This document shows positions 9,823 to 18,731 of a DNA stretch of 64,000 nt, in pieces. Made by a program: the position numbers and the translations under genes. Every line of letters starts with the position of its first letter. Position 1 is the first letter of the stretch. The DNA lies in the NCBI GenBank assembly GCA_963832745.1, contig CAWHVC010000005.1:448001-512000 (forward strand), written 5' to 3'. Below the pieces are notes generated by a model. The model made no database searches. It was not told the DNA's origin and worked only from the letters and a program-made list of their open reading frames with translations. The stretch is from Candidatus Bathyarchaeota archaeon (GTDB taxonomy: Archaea > Thermoproteota > Bathyarchaeia > Bathyarchaeales > Bathycorpusculaceae).

Positions 9823-10488
9823 ATGCCTTTGCTTATCGGTGGAGTTGCTATGGCTGCTGGAATGTCACGCAACTTTAACGTTTACACGCCAGATGAACTT
9901 TCGGTCTTTGCTGAAAAGATGGCTAACGCGCCAGTCTATATCGAACACGTTACCGCAGAAAACGCAGCTGGAAAAGTAACCAAATGCAACTACGATGCGG
10001 CTAGCCGAAGTTTGCTCTATGAGGCAGAGATTTACGACCAAGCCATAGCAGACAAAGTACGAAACGGCCTAATCCAACACGTTAGCGTCGGTGCAGATTA
10101 TAACTCACTTGACGTCATCGATGCTAAGGTGCCTCATGGGCTTTTTAATCCAGAGTTATCCCTTGTTGCAGTCCCTGGTATCCCAGAAACCAACATAAAG
10201 GTATTAGAAAAAGTCGAAGACAAGCAACTAAAAGAGAAACTAACCCAAACAGAAGGCAAGCTGTCTGAAGTAGAAAAAACAATCGAAAACCTGCGCAAAC
10301 AAGTGCCCGGCGGCGACCTACTCAAAAATTCGCCTAAAATGATGCAGGTAACAGAACATGTCACCGTTCTTGAAGGCCTCCTTCCGCCACTTGTTGTTGA
10401 ATGGTCAAGTATGGGCATGCAAAGACAAGCCCAAGCCGTTCGCGCCGCACTCTTTAAGGCAAAAGAGCGGCTAGCCGGAGGCCCATAG
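9823..10488 (+). CDS. Viral prohead protease with coiled-coil scaffold tail (provirus relic)
   Basis: GVAMAAGMSRNFNVYT..EL, PVYIEH (His), HVSVG (Ser) and ELSLVAVPG motifs of the HK97/assemblin-fold protease, followed by a coiled coil. Confidence 0.82.
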   Translation: MPLLIGGVAMAAGMSRNFNVYTPDELSVFAEKMANAPVYIEHVTAENAAGKVTKCNYDAASRSLLYEAEIYDQAIADKVRNGLIQHVSVGADYNSLDVIDAKVPHGLFNPELSLVAVPGIPETNIKVLEKVEDKQLKEKLTQTEGKLSEVEKTIENLRKQVPGGDLLKNSPKMMQVTEHVTVLEGLLPPLVVEWSSMGMQRQAQAVRAALFKAKERLAGGP

Positions 10489-10563
10489 TTTATGCTCACT
10501 TTTTGGGGCTAGTAAGCCAAGGACGAACTTGGCCCAACGCAAACAAGTTTTGGATTAAACTAA

Positions 10564-10820
10564 ATGACTGATAAAACAGACAAGCCTTGGATGGCTGCAG
10601 GAGAAACCGACGATCCAAACGCTATCATCGAGTCTTTTGAAGCTGCCAGAGGTGACCTCTGCACCGAACTAAACGTCGGACGCTATACCTACGCAAGGAC
10701 GGCGCCATAGGCTACTCACACCCAAACGGCACCCACGACGATGTCTTTTGGAGCGTTGCGCTTGCGGTATTTGCGACGGTGCAGATGGAGCCTGAACCCT
10801 TCTTAGCAGTCCTACACTAA
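10564..10820 (+). pseudogene. Chimeric viral remnant: head-gene N-terminus fused to terminase large subunit C-terminus
   Basis: MTDKTDKPWMAAGETDDPNAIIESFEAA-RGDLCTELNVGRY, then a frameshift near 10688 to LRKDGAIGYSHPNGTHDDVFWSVALAVFATVQMEPEPFLAVLH* (HDD..SxALA terminase nuclease motif). Confidence 0.72.
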
Positions 10821-11157
10821 CAGGTGGCGATCCGAAAGCCTCAGGTTTGGTCTTGTTAAAATCAGACATAATCGCGCTGGAACAACTAAAAGTCAAAGCT
10901 CAGATTTCACATAAAACCGTTGAATGGGTCTTAAATTCTCCACAACCTATAGGGAAGTTACGCTTTGACTTCCAATACCTGATTAGAGGTTTTTCTGTTA
11001 GACCGTTAACTACCAAAGCTTTTAGAGGGATAGCAAGCAATAGAGAGGTGACCCTCCAATGAGTGCTAACGATTGGAAAACCGATAAATGCGTTAAGAAT
11101 TGGTTTGAGCTTATCGGTAATGAAAGAACAATCAAAAACTATAGCAATGACTTTCCC

Positions 11158-11250
11158 AAGGGTTCTGTCAAGTCTGCATCGGATGGGTATAAATGAATCC
11201 CTTCTGTAAAAAATCATCGGATGTCGGGCGGGCTATCGGATTTCTGAACA
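11158..11250. repeat. Dispersed element A, copy 1: two TGT-anchored ATCGGA repeats followed by TGTCGGGCGGGC
   Basis: Matches 59094-59184 in two blocks (23/26 and 26/29 nt), including the exact 20-mer TCATCGGATGTCGGGCGGGC. Confidence 0.85.
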
Positions 11251-11424
11251 AATTGATGTGCCTTCCTAAATTTTTGCTCTTAAATTAAGTAAAATAGAAA
11301 AATCCTGTTTTACTTAACCCTGATTATGCTATTTTTATTATTTTTTCGATAATATGTCACCTAAAAATATTGGCGATAGTGAGCTTATGCCTTTGCATAT
11401 TTGTTGTGTTATTAGCGGTTCTTA

Positions 11425-12090
11425 CTAATCATTACGTTTTAAACGTAAAACAGCCTCAATGATTGGTTGCAACATAAGAAAGCTAAATCCAATAAGTATG
11501 TAAGTCAATTTAGTTGTAATCTCATTAAATTTCCAATTAAAAGTATCTTGACTCCCTGTTATTTGCATAACTGGAAGGTCAGGTTCATCGTCATTCGGAT
11601 TTCCCGGTATTTCTACTGCACCACTAAACAAATCCTTCTTGGGAAGCAAAAAAGTGTAAACGTCTGAATCTACATGCCAAATAAGCGTTGCTGAACCTAC
11701 ATATGTTCCATCAGAAGCTTTTTTTAAGAAAATATAACCAGGTTGTTCTCTTATTGCAGAAGAATATTGAGGGCTAGATGAATCAAAAACTGACTTAAAA
11801 AAGCCTAATCTATCATAATAATCTAAAAGATTACTTGTGTTTACATGTGTTATGCATACCGATATTGTTATTGGATTTTCGGCGCTGAATGAACCCTTTG
11901 CTGATACATTATAGTCTATGTATGCTCTTAAGGGTGGTATGTCTCTGTTTGGTGATTTGAAATTTCTATTTTCTCCATATGGTGAATAGTAAATGTTTTC
12001 GGTACTTACAAAAAATATTGCGTAAATTATTGTAAATAGCCATATAATGAGGAGAGCGCTAGCAATGATTTGCCTTGAATCTTTTTTCAG
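11425..12090 (-). CDS. Hypothetical membrane protein, about 221 aa, N- and C-terminal TM helices, probable CTG start
   Basis: The frame of track ORF 11425-11649 stays open upstream to 12108. GGTGA SD precedes CTG at 12090, followed by KKDSRQIIASALLIIWLFTIIYAIFFV. Confidence 0.72.
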   Translation of the reverse strand: MKKDSRQIIASALLIIWLFTIIYAIFFVSTENIYYSPYGENRNFKSPNRDIPPLRAYIDYNVSAKGSFSAENPITISVCITHVNTSNLLDYYDRLGFFKSVFDSSSPQYSSAIREQPGYIFLKKASDGTYVGSATLIWHVDSDVYTFLLPKKDLFSGAVEIPGNPNDDEPDLPVMQITGSQDTFNWKFNEITTKLTYILIGFSFLMLQPIIEAVLRLKRND

Positions 12091-12563
12091 GCTATGTTCA
12101 CCAATTTTTTACCTATTGGTATGTTTTTCTTTTTATGCTTTGCTTTAGAAAAATTTTTAATAAAATCGTTTTCAAATGGTGGGTTTGGTTAGGAGTGCCT
12201 GTGATGCGGTTGGCTTCTCCATTCTAGATGGTTTACAGGCTTCAATCGTTGAGAAGGAACAGACTTACCCCAAAAATTAGTTTCGACTACCACCGAGTAT
12301 TTCCTTTGTAATCATGTTCTTTTATTATGCTTGTGAAAATTAGAGTATTGTCAGCCGTTTGCCTACAGTACCTACAACGAAATAATCGCTGAAAACCATC
12401 CTCTCTGCATTCCTCACATATAATGAATACAAGTCTATCAGCATCGTTTATTCTGACTTTGCGACTACCTTTGTATTACGAAATTGCAAAAAACCGATAA
12501 GGCGCAGATGCTTTTGGTTGATTCTGAAATTTTTTATATTTGATCCGCTGATATGAGTCATGT

Positions 12564-13862
12564 TTGAGGGACAATAGATTGATTTTATTTTCAAGGTCTG
12601 CGTTAACAAAAATGATTGTGCTTTTAATTATGTCCATCATAGTCTGTGCAAGTTTGGTTTGTGTATATCTCCTGACAAAGCAATCTGATATTTTTCCCTC
12701 TATTTCCGATTCATCTTCCGAAACTCCAGTTGAGCTCCAAACTTGGGAAAAAGCATACTTTGGCTTCTCAGGTAACGATGTGACTAATGGGCTGTCTAAT
12801 CGTAGAGATGGTCGAGGCTATAGCATTATCCAATCTTCTGATGGTGGCTACGCAATGACTGGTTACGCAACTACTGATACAAGTTCAATGTGGGATATCT
12901 TATTAGTAAAAGTTGATTCCGAAGGAAACCTCCAATGGGAAAAAACTTATGGTTGCCCAAATGATGACTTCGGCTATTCTCTGATTCAATCGTCAGATAG
13001 CTGTTACGTTATAGCTGGATGGACAAATTCGCTCCGAGGGGTTGGCGGTCAAGTATATTTGATTAAAACTGATGCACAGGGAAACTTACTTTGGAATAAA
13101 ACTTATAATGGTCTTGTTGGAAATTCTATAGTAGAATCCTCAGACCACGGCTATGTAGTTGCCGGTTATACCTACTTACAAGAGACTGGCTATACAATTT
13201 ATCTTGTTAAAACTGATTCAAGCGGAAATGTTCAATGGACAAAAACGATAAAAGAAAATAACCTCAATGTTTTTGCTAATTGTATAATAAAATCATCAAA
13301 GGATGACAGCTATATTGTTGCGGGTTATACAAGCAATTCAACTCAAAAGGCATTGAATCCTTATTTAGCTAAGATTGATGGTTATGGAAACATTACGTGG
13401 AGTAAAAGATACACTGAAGCAGGTCACTTCCTCCTAAACTCTGTTGTTGAATCATCATCTGGTGATGGATATGTCTTGACGGGCGATTCTTCTTTAATCA
13501 AAACTGATGAGTTTGGAAAATTGTTATGGAACAAATCTTTGGGAAATGCCACTGAAATTCACGGGCACTCTATTGTTAGATCATCTGATGGTGGCTATCT
13601 CATAGCTGGCTACGCGACTGCACCACCTTTAGGACCCGTTAGTATTTATGGCGTCTACATGGTTAAGACTGATGAATCTGGGAATATCTTGTGGACAAAA
13701 ACATACGGGGGATGGGGGTATGATTTTTGTTATTCTGTAGTAAAAGCATTTGATGGCGGTTATGCTGCCGTCGGTTACACAACGTCTGACCCATACAGCA
13801 AAGGTGGCGAATCTTATGTTTATGTCGTTAAAACCGATGCGTCAGGTAACGTTCAATCTTAA
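12564..13862 (+). CDS. Membrane-anchored extracellular beta-propeller protein with SDGGY repeats
   Basis: N-terminal TM helix; about 7 repeats of SI..SSDGGY.IAG....YL.KTD..GN..W.KTY. Confidence 0.8.
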   Translation: MRDNRLILFSRSALTKMIVLLIMSIIVCASLVCVYLLTKQSDIFPSISDSSSETPVELQTWEKAYFGFSGNDVTNGLSNRRDGRGYSIIQSSDGGYAMTGYATTDTSSMWDILLVKVDSEGNLQWEKTYGCPNDDFGYSLIQSSDSCYVIAGWTNSLRGVGGQVYLIKTDAQGNLLWNKTYNGLVGNSIVESSDHGYVVAGYTYLQETGYTIYLVKTDSSGNVQWTKTIKENNLNVFANCIIKSSKDDSYIVAGYTSNSTQKALNPYLAKIDGYGNITWSKRYTEAGHFLLNSVVESSSGDGYVLTGDSSLIKTDEFGKLLWNKSLGNATEIHGHSIVRSSDGGYLIAGYATAPPLGPVSIYGVYMVKTDESGNILWTKTYGGWGYDFCYSVVKAFDGGYAAVGYTTSDPYSKGGESYVYVVKTDASGNVQS

Positions 13863-13939
13863 GGTATGTAATGAAGACCTAAGTTGAAGAGGTTTGAGTA
13901 TTCTTTATAGAGCATCATTTATTTTCCTATCAATTTCTT

Positions 13940-14233
13940 TTAAGTCACTGCTACTTTAGTGCGGTAATAATAGTCAACTATCCAGGTCTCGAAGCCTTTC
14001 TTACCTTTGTAGTCAGGGTCTTTGTGCCATATGCTTCTGTCTCTTGATTTCTTGATGAGTCCATAAGTACACATGCGCTCTAACACATCATACACACTTT
14101 TCTGTTCATCAACAGGTATTTTCGCTACTTCAATGAGTTGTTTAATTGAGAATGTCTCAGGTATGTCATCAAATTCATTAACTATTCTCTTGTCAATTAC
14201 TATCCTAAATGACTTATCACCGTTCTTTGTCAT
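13940..14233 (-). CDS. Small winged-helix-like protein
   Basis: FSIKQLIEVAKIP...KSVYDVLERMCTYGLIKK...WHK pattern; GGAG SD upstream. Confidence 0.6.
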   Translation of the reverse strand: MTKNGDKSFRIVIDKRIVNEFDDIPETFSIKQLIEVAKIPVDEQKSVYDVLERMCTYGLIKKSRDRSIWHKDPDYKGKKGFETWIVDYYYRTKVAVT

Positions 14234-14272
14234 CTTTAATCTCCGACCCCGTGTCTACTCCATCGATTCTTA

Positions 14273-14364
14273 AGTTCATCGGTGAATTACCTCTACTAGA
14301 AGAGAGTTATCCATAGAAGCTCAAATATTCAGGTAGTTAAGAGTGGAAATATACCGATGAAACT
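14273..14364. promoter_or_regulatory. Imperfect inverted repeat with TTCATCGGT/ACCGATGAA core upstream of the wHTH gene
   Basis: AGTTCATCGGTGAATTACCTCT (14273-14294) versus AGAGTGGAAATATACCGATGAAACT (14340-14364). Confidence 0.5.
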
Positions 14365-14689
14365 ATGAAAGAATGGATTTTTTGTTGTTTAGGCTTGGTG
14401 GCTGGGTGCATGTTAATTGAAAATAAGCGTTGTCGGGTTGTCGGAAAAATTCTGATGTAAGTTTGGATTATTTTGACGCGCACTTACTTTTTTCATTGTA
14501 TTTTCTATGTCTTGAGTCATTAGTTCATACTTAACTTGTGATTTTGATTCCGTTAGTGCCCGAGATAGTAGTCTTGTTACTGTTCTTCAATGAGGGTTTT
14601 TTAAATAGTATTATTTATTACAAAAATGCAAGCAAGAGTTACAAACGAGTCATCATATTAAAAGACTGGATGTTACTAAGCACTTTTTT

Positions 14690-14998
14690 ATGGCTTCAGG
14701 AAAAGGAATAGTGGGTCTAATAGTAACATTGGTTAGCATTTTCAGTCTCTTAGGTTACTTGTCGTATGCCACTGATATGATGCAGGGAGCTTCACGCTTA
14801 TCTCAAGGAGACCAAAACGCTCTCAACGATATGGCTAAGACTACAGTTGACTATGCAGTGGACGAATTATATTGGGGTTTAGGAATAGCTGTGGCAATAG
14901 CTATTTGCTCGGCTCTGGGTTTAGGTTTCTTGGTTAAAATCAAGGAAATTTTAGGTCCAACCTTAGAAGTTATTATTGAGGTGTCATTACCTACTTGA
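14690..14998 (+). CDS. Small two-TM membrane protein
   Basis: 102-aa ORF with two hydrophobic segments. Confidence 0.6.
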   Translation: MASGKGIVGLIVTLVSIFSLLGYLSYATDMMQGASRLSQGDQNALNDMAKTTVDYAVDELYWGLGIAVAIAICSALGLGFLVKIKEILGPTLEVIIEVSLPT

Positions 14999-15258
14999 CC
15001 AGAACACAACAATAGGAGCTTACCCGTATCCTATCCGTAAAATAACTAAAAACCAAAAATAAAGTGTAAGAGGTCTTCATAGTACGAACCTTTCTTTGTG
15101 TCATCATGATATCTGAAGGTCAAACTTTTTGTTCCAAAAGGACTTACTGGAAAACATCGCTATTTTGATTGCTAGTTTTATATTAGAATTATCGACTTTT
15201 GTTGCTTAGTATTTAGGAATTTTAAGGATTATTTTCTTCATTTCGAGAGGTTGGTCTC

Positions 15259-15602
15259 TTGTTCTATGCCACTTATGAGTCCACTTCCACTCTGTTGGTC
15301 TGGGGCAATGATTACCGCAAGATGTACAACAATCAGTTCTTATTTGCTCTAAGAGATTATCTAACTCAAAGCCGAAATATGAAACGCTCTTCTTTTCGCA
15401 GAACAGTATCTTCATACCTGTGGATAGTAATCCAACTGGTTCGAATATTGGAGACCATGAGGACCATACGGTGAACTATGTGAACCGCTTAGAAGAGAAC
15501 AATTGCCTAAAAACCGAAAGCGGTTTAACTGTAAAAACCCTAAATCAAAAAATAAATTCAGATATTAAGCGGTCACAGTGTATTTTCCCTATAGGGGGCT
15601 AA
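15259..15602 (+). pseudogene. Possible remnant of an integrase C-terminus
   Basis: SSFRRTVSSYLW (HxxR-like box) and GDHEDHTVNYVN (GH...T..Y-like box) in adjacent frames, immediately before the att-like repeat. Confidence 0.3.
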
Positions 15603-15604
15603 CT

Positions 15605-15622
15605 AATCCCTCTGGGCGCGCT
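15605..15622 (+). repeat. Degenerate copy of the tRNA 3' end (att-like)
   Basis: AATCCCTCTGGGCGCGCT versus tRNA 5189-5206 AATCCCACCGGGCCCGCT: 15/18 identical, same orientation. Confidence 0.5.
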
Positions 15623-15739
15623 CCAACCAGTTCCAGTTTTCATCAATAGATTGTCATTTTTCTATATAGAATCAACAAACTATCAAGACATCATTAATTG
15701 GCAACGCAACCCAAATGACTTTTGGAGAGCAATGCAAAA

Positions 15740-15943
15740 ATGAACAGAAACAAAACATTAACGTTTACTTGCCCAGGCTGCAAGGAAACATTCGAGTTTG
15801 ACCAAGTCGGCGAATACGAATTTGTCCCCTGCCCTATATGCGGCGCCAACTTTATGACTATCAAAAAAGACCACACTCTGATGTTGCAAGCCTTCAGGTT
15901 CACCCTGACCACTCCAATCGAAAACCCAGCAATAATAGCCTAA
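15740..15943 (+). CDS. Small Zn-ribbon protein, LysW-like fold
   Basis: FTCPGCKETFEF...EFVPCPICGANF; no C-terminal EDWGE. Confidence 0.7.
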   Translation: MNRNKTLTFTCPGCKETFEFDQVGEYEFVPCPICGANFMTIKKDHTLMLQAFRFTLTTPIENPAIIA

Positions 15944-15956
15944 AGGTGACCCGCCC

Positions 15957-16112
15957 TTGAAGGTAAAATGTGTAAGTTGCGAAAACAAATTCGACGTGCA
16001 CCCAGAAATTTTTGACAACTATGAAGTAGTCTTCTGCCCCATCTGCGGTCTCGATCATCAAGTCGTCAAACAACAAAGGCAAGTACACGTAAAAGCATTA
16101 CAAATCGCTTAA
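15957..16112 (+). CDS. Second small Zn-ribbon protein, 51 aa, LysW-like fold (not in the ORF track)
   Basis: AGGTGA SD, TTG start: MKVKCVSCENKFDVHPEIFDNYEVVFCPICGLDHQVVKQQRQVHVKALQIA*. Confidence 0.75.
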   Translation: MKVKCVSCENKFDVHPEIFDNYEVVFCPICGLDHQVVKQQRQVHVKALQIA

Positions 16113-16472
16113 AATCATCCTTCAATTTTTTGTGCCATTATCTTCATAGACCATAACCATTCCAGGTTACATTTTTGCGGCCTGCAAAACCGACAAACGC
16201 AGCCATTGCCAAACATGCATTAAAAAACCCTGCTGACCCAGTCTTTCATACCAAAGAATAAATTTCAAACAAACCCTAATTTAGCCTTGTTTTCTTTGCC
16301 AACTGGACTTCGCAAAGCCCAAAAAGGTTTTTGCAACATTTAGCAAGTACTCTTCTCAAAAATCCTTTTTTTAGATTAAGCTATTGATGGGGGAATTGAA
16401 TAACGCTACAAAGGCAATAAAACTGCAAGCATGTTTTGTGGTTAATACACAAGAAGAGAGTTAGAGGGTGAA

Positions 16473-17990
16473 CTGAAAATAGACTTCACATCGGCATTTG
16501 CACCATTAATAATGCTACTTACAGGCATAATCATAGGAACAATCATCAAGTTTACACCCCTAAAAAAGCAAAACAAAGCAGTAGCCACAGCCACCCTTGT
16601 AATTGCCACAATTTTTGCAAGCTACTTCCTATTACTATTCTATTTTAATGAACTTACTTCTAACAGTTATTTCCAAAATTTCGCATCCACGTTAAATTCG
16701 ACAGTGATTGCAGACTTTTTTGCGGGTTCAGCCAGTTTGGCGGCGGCAGTTTTACTAATTGGCCTTTTCGAAGTATGCTTAATTGCTAGTTTTGCCATTG
16801 AAGAAACTGTCGACGACTATTTTAGAAAACGAAAAAATGTAAAAGAAATGTTGGCTGAAACTTTTGAAGAAGCTCCAGTAGAACCCTGTCAAATTATTCA
16901 AAGCCCCGAAACAGTAGCAGAGGCGCAACCGATAAACGCTGTTTCACAAGAAGAAACCATAGCTGCCAAAGCGCAGGGACTAAAGAAGGATGAGCAAAGC
17001 ATAATGGAGCTTTTCCTTTACGAAAAAATCGCCCAAATCACACCTAACCTTAACGCTATGCAGCCAGAAGGCTACAGTTTTGAAGGCTTACCCCAGCTGG
17101 ATTGGGACATAAAACGTATAAGACAAACCCTTGACGCGTTAGTCCGCAAAGGCTTTTTGAAGTCTGAACTTGTAGACAAAGTAATAACCTGCACTGCATG
17201 CGGTTCAGCAAACGTACGAATAAAAAAATTATGCCCCGAATGTAACTCGTTACGGTTAAGAAAAGAAGTGCTTATCGAGCATTTAACTTGTGGCACTATT
17301 GATCGGCAGACAGCGTTTGAAACTTCAAACGGCGACTTAGTTTGTCCTAAATGTAACGTTAAAATGAAAATCATAGAGGAAGATTACCGGTTGCTGCCGT
17401 CGTCTTATGTATGCTTGAACTGTAACGTTAGAAGTAGTGAACCGCTTTTAGCGGCTAAATGTGACAACTGCAGCACAACCGCTGAACTTGACGAAGAACC
17501 AGAAGTTTACCTCTACAAATACACTGCTACTTCAGAAATGCCGCTTCAAGACATGCAACAAATTAAGCCTATAGAGGTCTGCACTAAATTTTTCAGGGCT
17601 TTAGGTTACAAGGTTATTGCACCTGCCTACGTGAACGGCAAGTCTGGAACTAAACATCTTTTTGACATGCTGGTTCTAGGCAAAGTCGGCGTGGTTGGAG
17701 CAGGTAACCAAATGCCGCAAAAAGAAGCTGTTTGCGCATGCAAGGGTCATGAGAATACGGTGATTGAGCTTTTAATTGCTAACAAAAAAGTAGATTTAGA
17801 GGAAATTACCCGAATCTATGGTATGATTAATGATGTTGACTGTGAAGCTTTGATTTTTGTTATTCCGGGTATGACTGAGAATGCACGCAATTATGCTTTA
17901 GCGTATAAGATGAAGATTTGTGAGGGCAAAACTATAGAGGAAGCGTTGGTTAACTGGGTTATTCCTAAGGCTCTTGATACAACTGCCTAA
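16473..17990 (+). CDS. Membrane protein with TackOD1-like multi-Zn-ribbon domain and C-terminal restriction-endonuclease-like domain
   Basis: Three TM helices; wHTH followed by CTACGS/CPECNS/EHLTCG/CPKC/CLNC/CDNC; GKSGTKHLFDM at the start of the last domain. GGGTGA SD before an in-frame CTG at 16473 (track start 16512). Confidence 0.75.
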   Translation: MKIDFTSAFAPLIMLLTGIIIGTIIKFTPLKKQNKAVATATLVIATIFASYFLLLFYFNELTSNSYFQNFASTLNSTVIADFFAGSASLAAAVLLIGLFEVCLIASFAIEETVDDYFRKRKNVKEMLAETFEEAPVEPCQIIQSPETVAEAQPINAVSQEETIAAKAQGLKKDEQSIMELFLYEKIAQITPNLNAMQPEGYSFEGLPQLDWDIKRIRQTLDALVRKGFLKSELVDKVITCTACGSANVRIKKLCPECNSLRLRKEVLIEHLTCGTIDRQTAFETSNGDLVCPKCNVKMKIIEEDYRLLPSSYVCLNCNVRSSEPLLAAKCDNCSTTAELDEEPEVYLYKYTATSEMPLQDMQQIKPIEVCTKFFRALGYKVIAPAYVNGKSGTKHLFDMLVLGKVGVVGAGNQMPQKEAVCACKGHENTVIELLIANKKVDLEEITRIYGMINDVDCEALIFVIPGMTENARNYALAYKMKICEGKTIEEALVNWVIPKALDTTA

Positions 17991-18104
17991 ATTAGGCTAA
18001 ACGGTTGTGCCTCTTTTCATAAACTGTAATACAATTGTAACACAGGCGATAATGCTTTTATTCAAACAGCCAACAATTCAACCAAAACACAGGACTAAAC
18101 TAAC

Positions 18105-18731
18105 ATGAACAGCCCCCGAAAAACAACCAACGCAAAACAAGCATCCATAATGGCCATGACCGCAGCACTCTACGCAGTATTCTTTGCAGTTTCATACTCA
18201 ATAGCAATGCCAAACTTTGCGCTACTCTACCTCCCAATCATATTACTAGGCGTTTTCCCGATATGGTTCGGCTGGAGCGGCTTAGTAGGCAGCATGATAG
18301 GCGCATACATCGGCGGCGTCTTCGTCGAAGGCTTACCATTGCACTTTGCATTTGCCGAATCAATCTGTGCACTAATCATCTTCGGCTTAAATTGGCTACT
18401 AATTCCAAAATTTGCAACAGAAGCAAAAACAGCAAAAAGTATGATAACCCTTGCATTAATCTACGCTGCAACACTTCTAGCCGGCACAAGCTACATTGTT
18501 TGGCAGTTATCATACTTTGGCGTGTTCCCAGTTGAAGTTGCCCTTCTTGTCTTGCCACCAACCTACGCGTTAAACCTGCCAATAGTAATCATTATCTGCA
18601 TTGCACTTTTACGTGCGATAACTCCAAGAATAAAAAACTGGGGAATCTACACAGGCAGCTTTAGCGAGTGGCTTCAAAACAGAAAAACTAAGCCGACAGC
18701 AAAAACAGCCCCAAATCAGCAAACAAATTAA
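18105..18731 (+). CDS. ECF transporter S component, QueT-like
   Basis: AMTAALYAV (AxxxA motif), PIWFGWSGLVGSMIG, six TM segments. Confidence 0.65.
   Translation: MNSPRKTTNAKQASIMAMTAALYAVFFAVSYSIAMPNFALLYLPIILLGVFPIWFGWSGLVGSMIGAYIGGVFVEGLPLHFAFAESICALIIFGLNWLLIPKFATEAKTAKSMITLALIYAATLLAGTSYIVWQLSYFGVFPVEVALLVLPPTYALNLPIVIIICIALLRAITPRIKNWGIYTGSFSEWLQNRKTKPTAKTAPNQQTN

Noticed and set aside
10847-11217. Overlapping ORFs 10847-11062 and 10900-11217
   Set aside because: No motifs, and they overlap the repeat element; likely non-coding.
11158-11250. Repeat-spacer-repeat pattern read as a mini CRISPR array
   Set aside because: Only two imperfect ~17-nt repeats with ~21-nt spacers and no cas genes; no array of three or more identical repeats was seen anywhere in the window.
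14340-14352. GAGTGGAAAT as an ORB origin box
   Set aside because: Single partial match, no G-string, and no orc1/cdc6 gene nearby.
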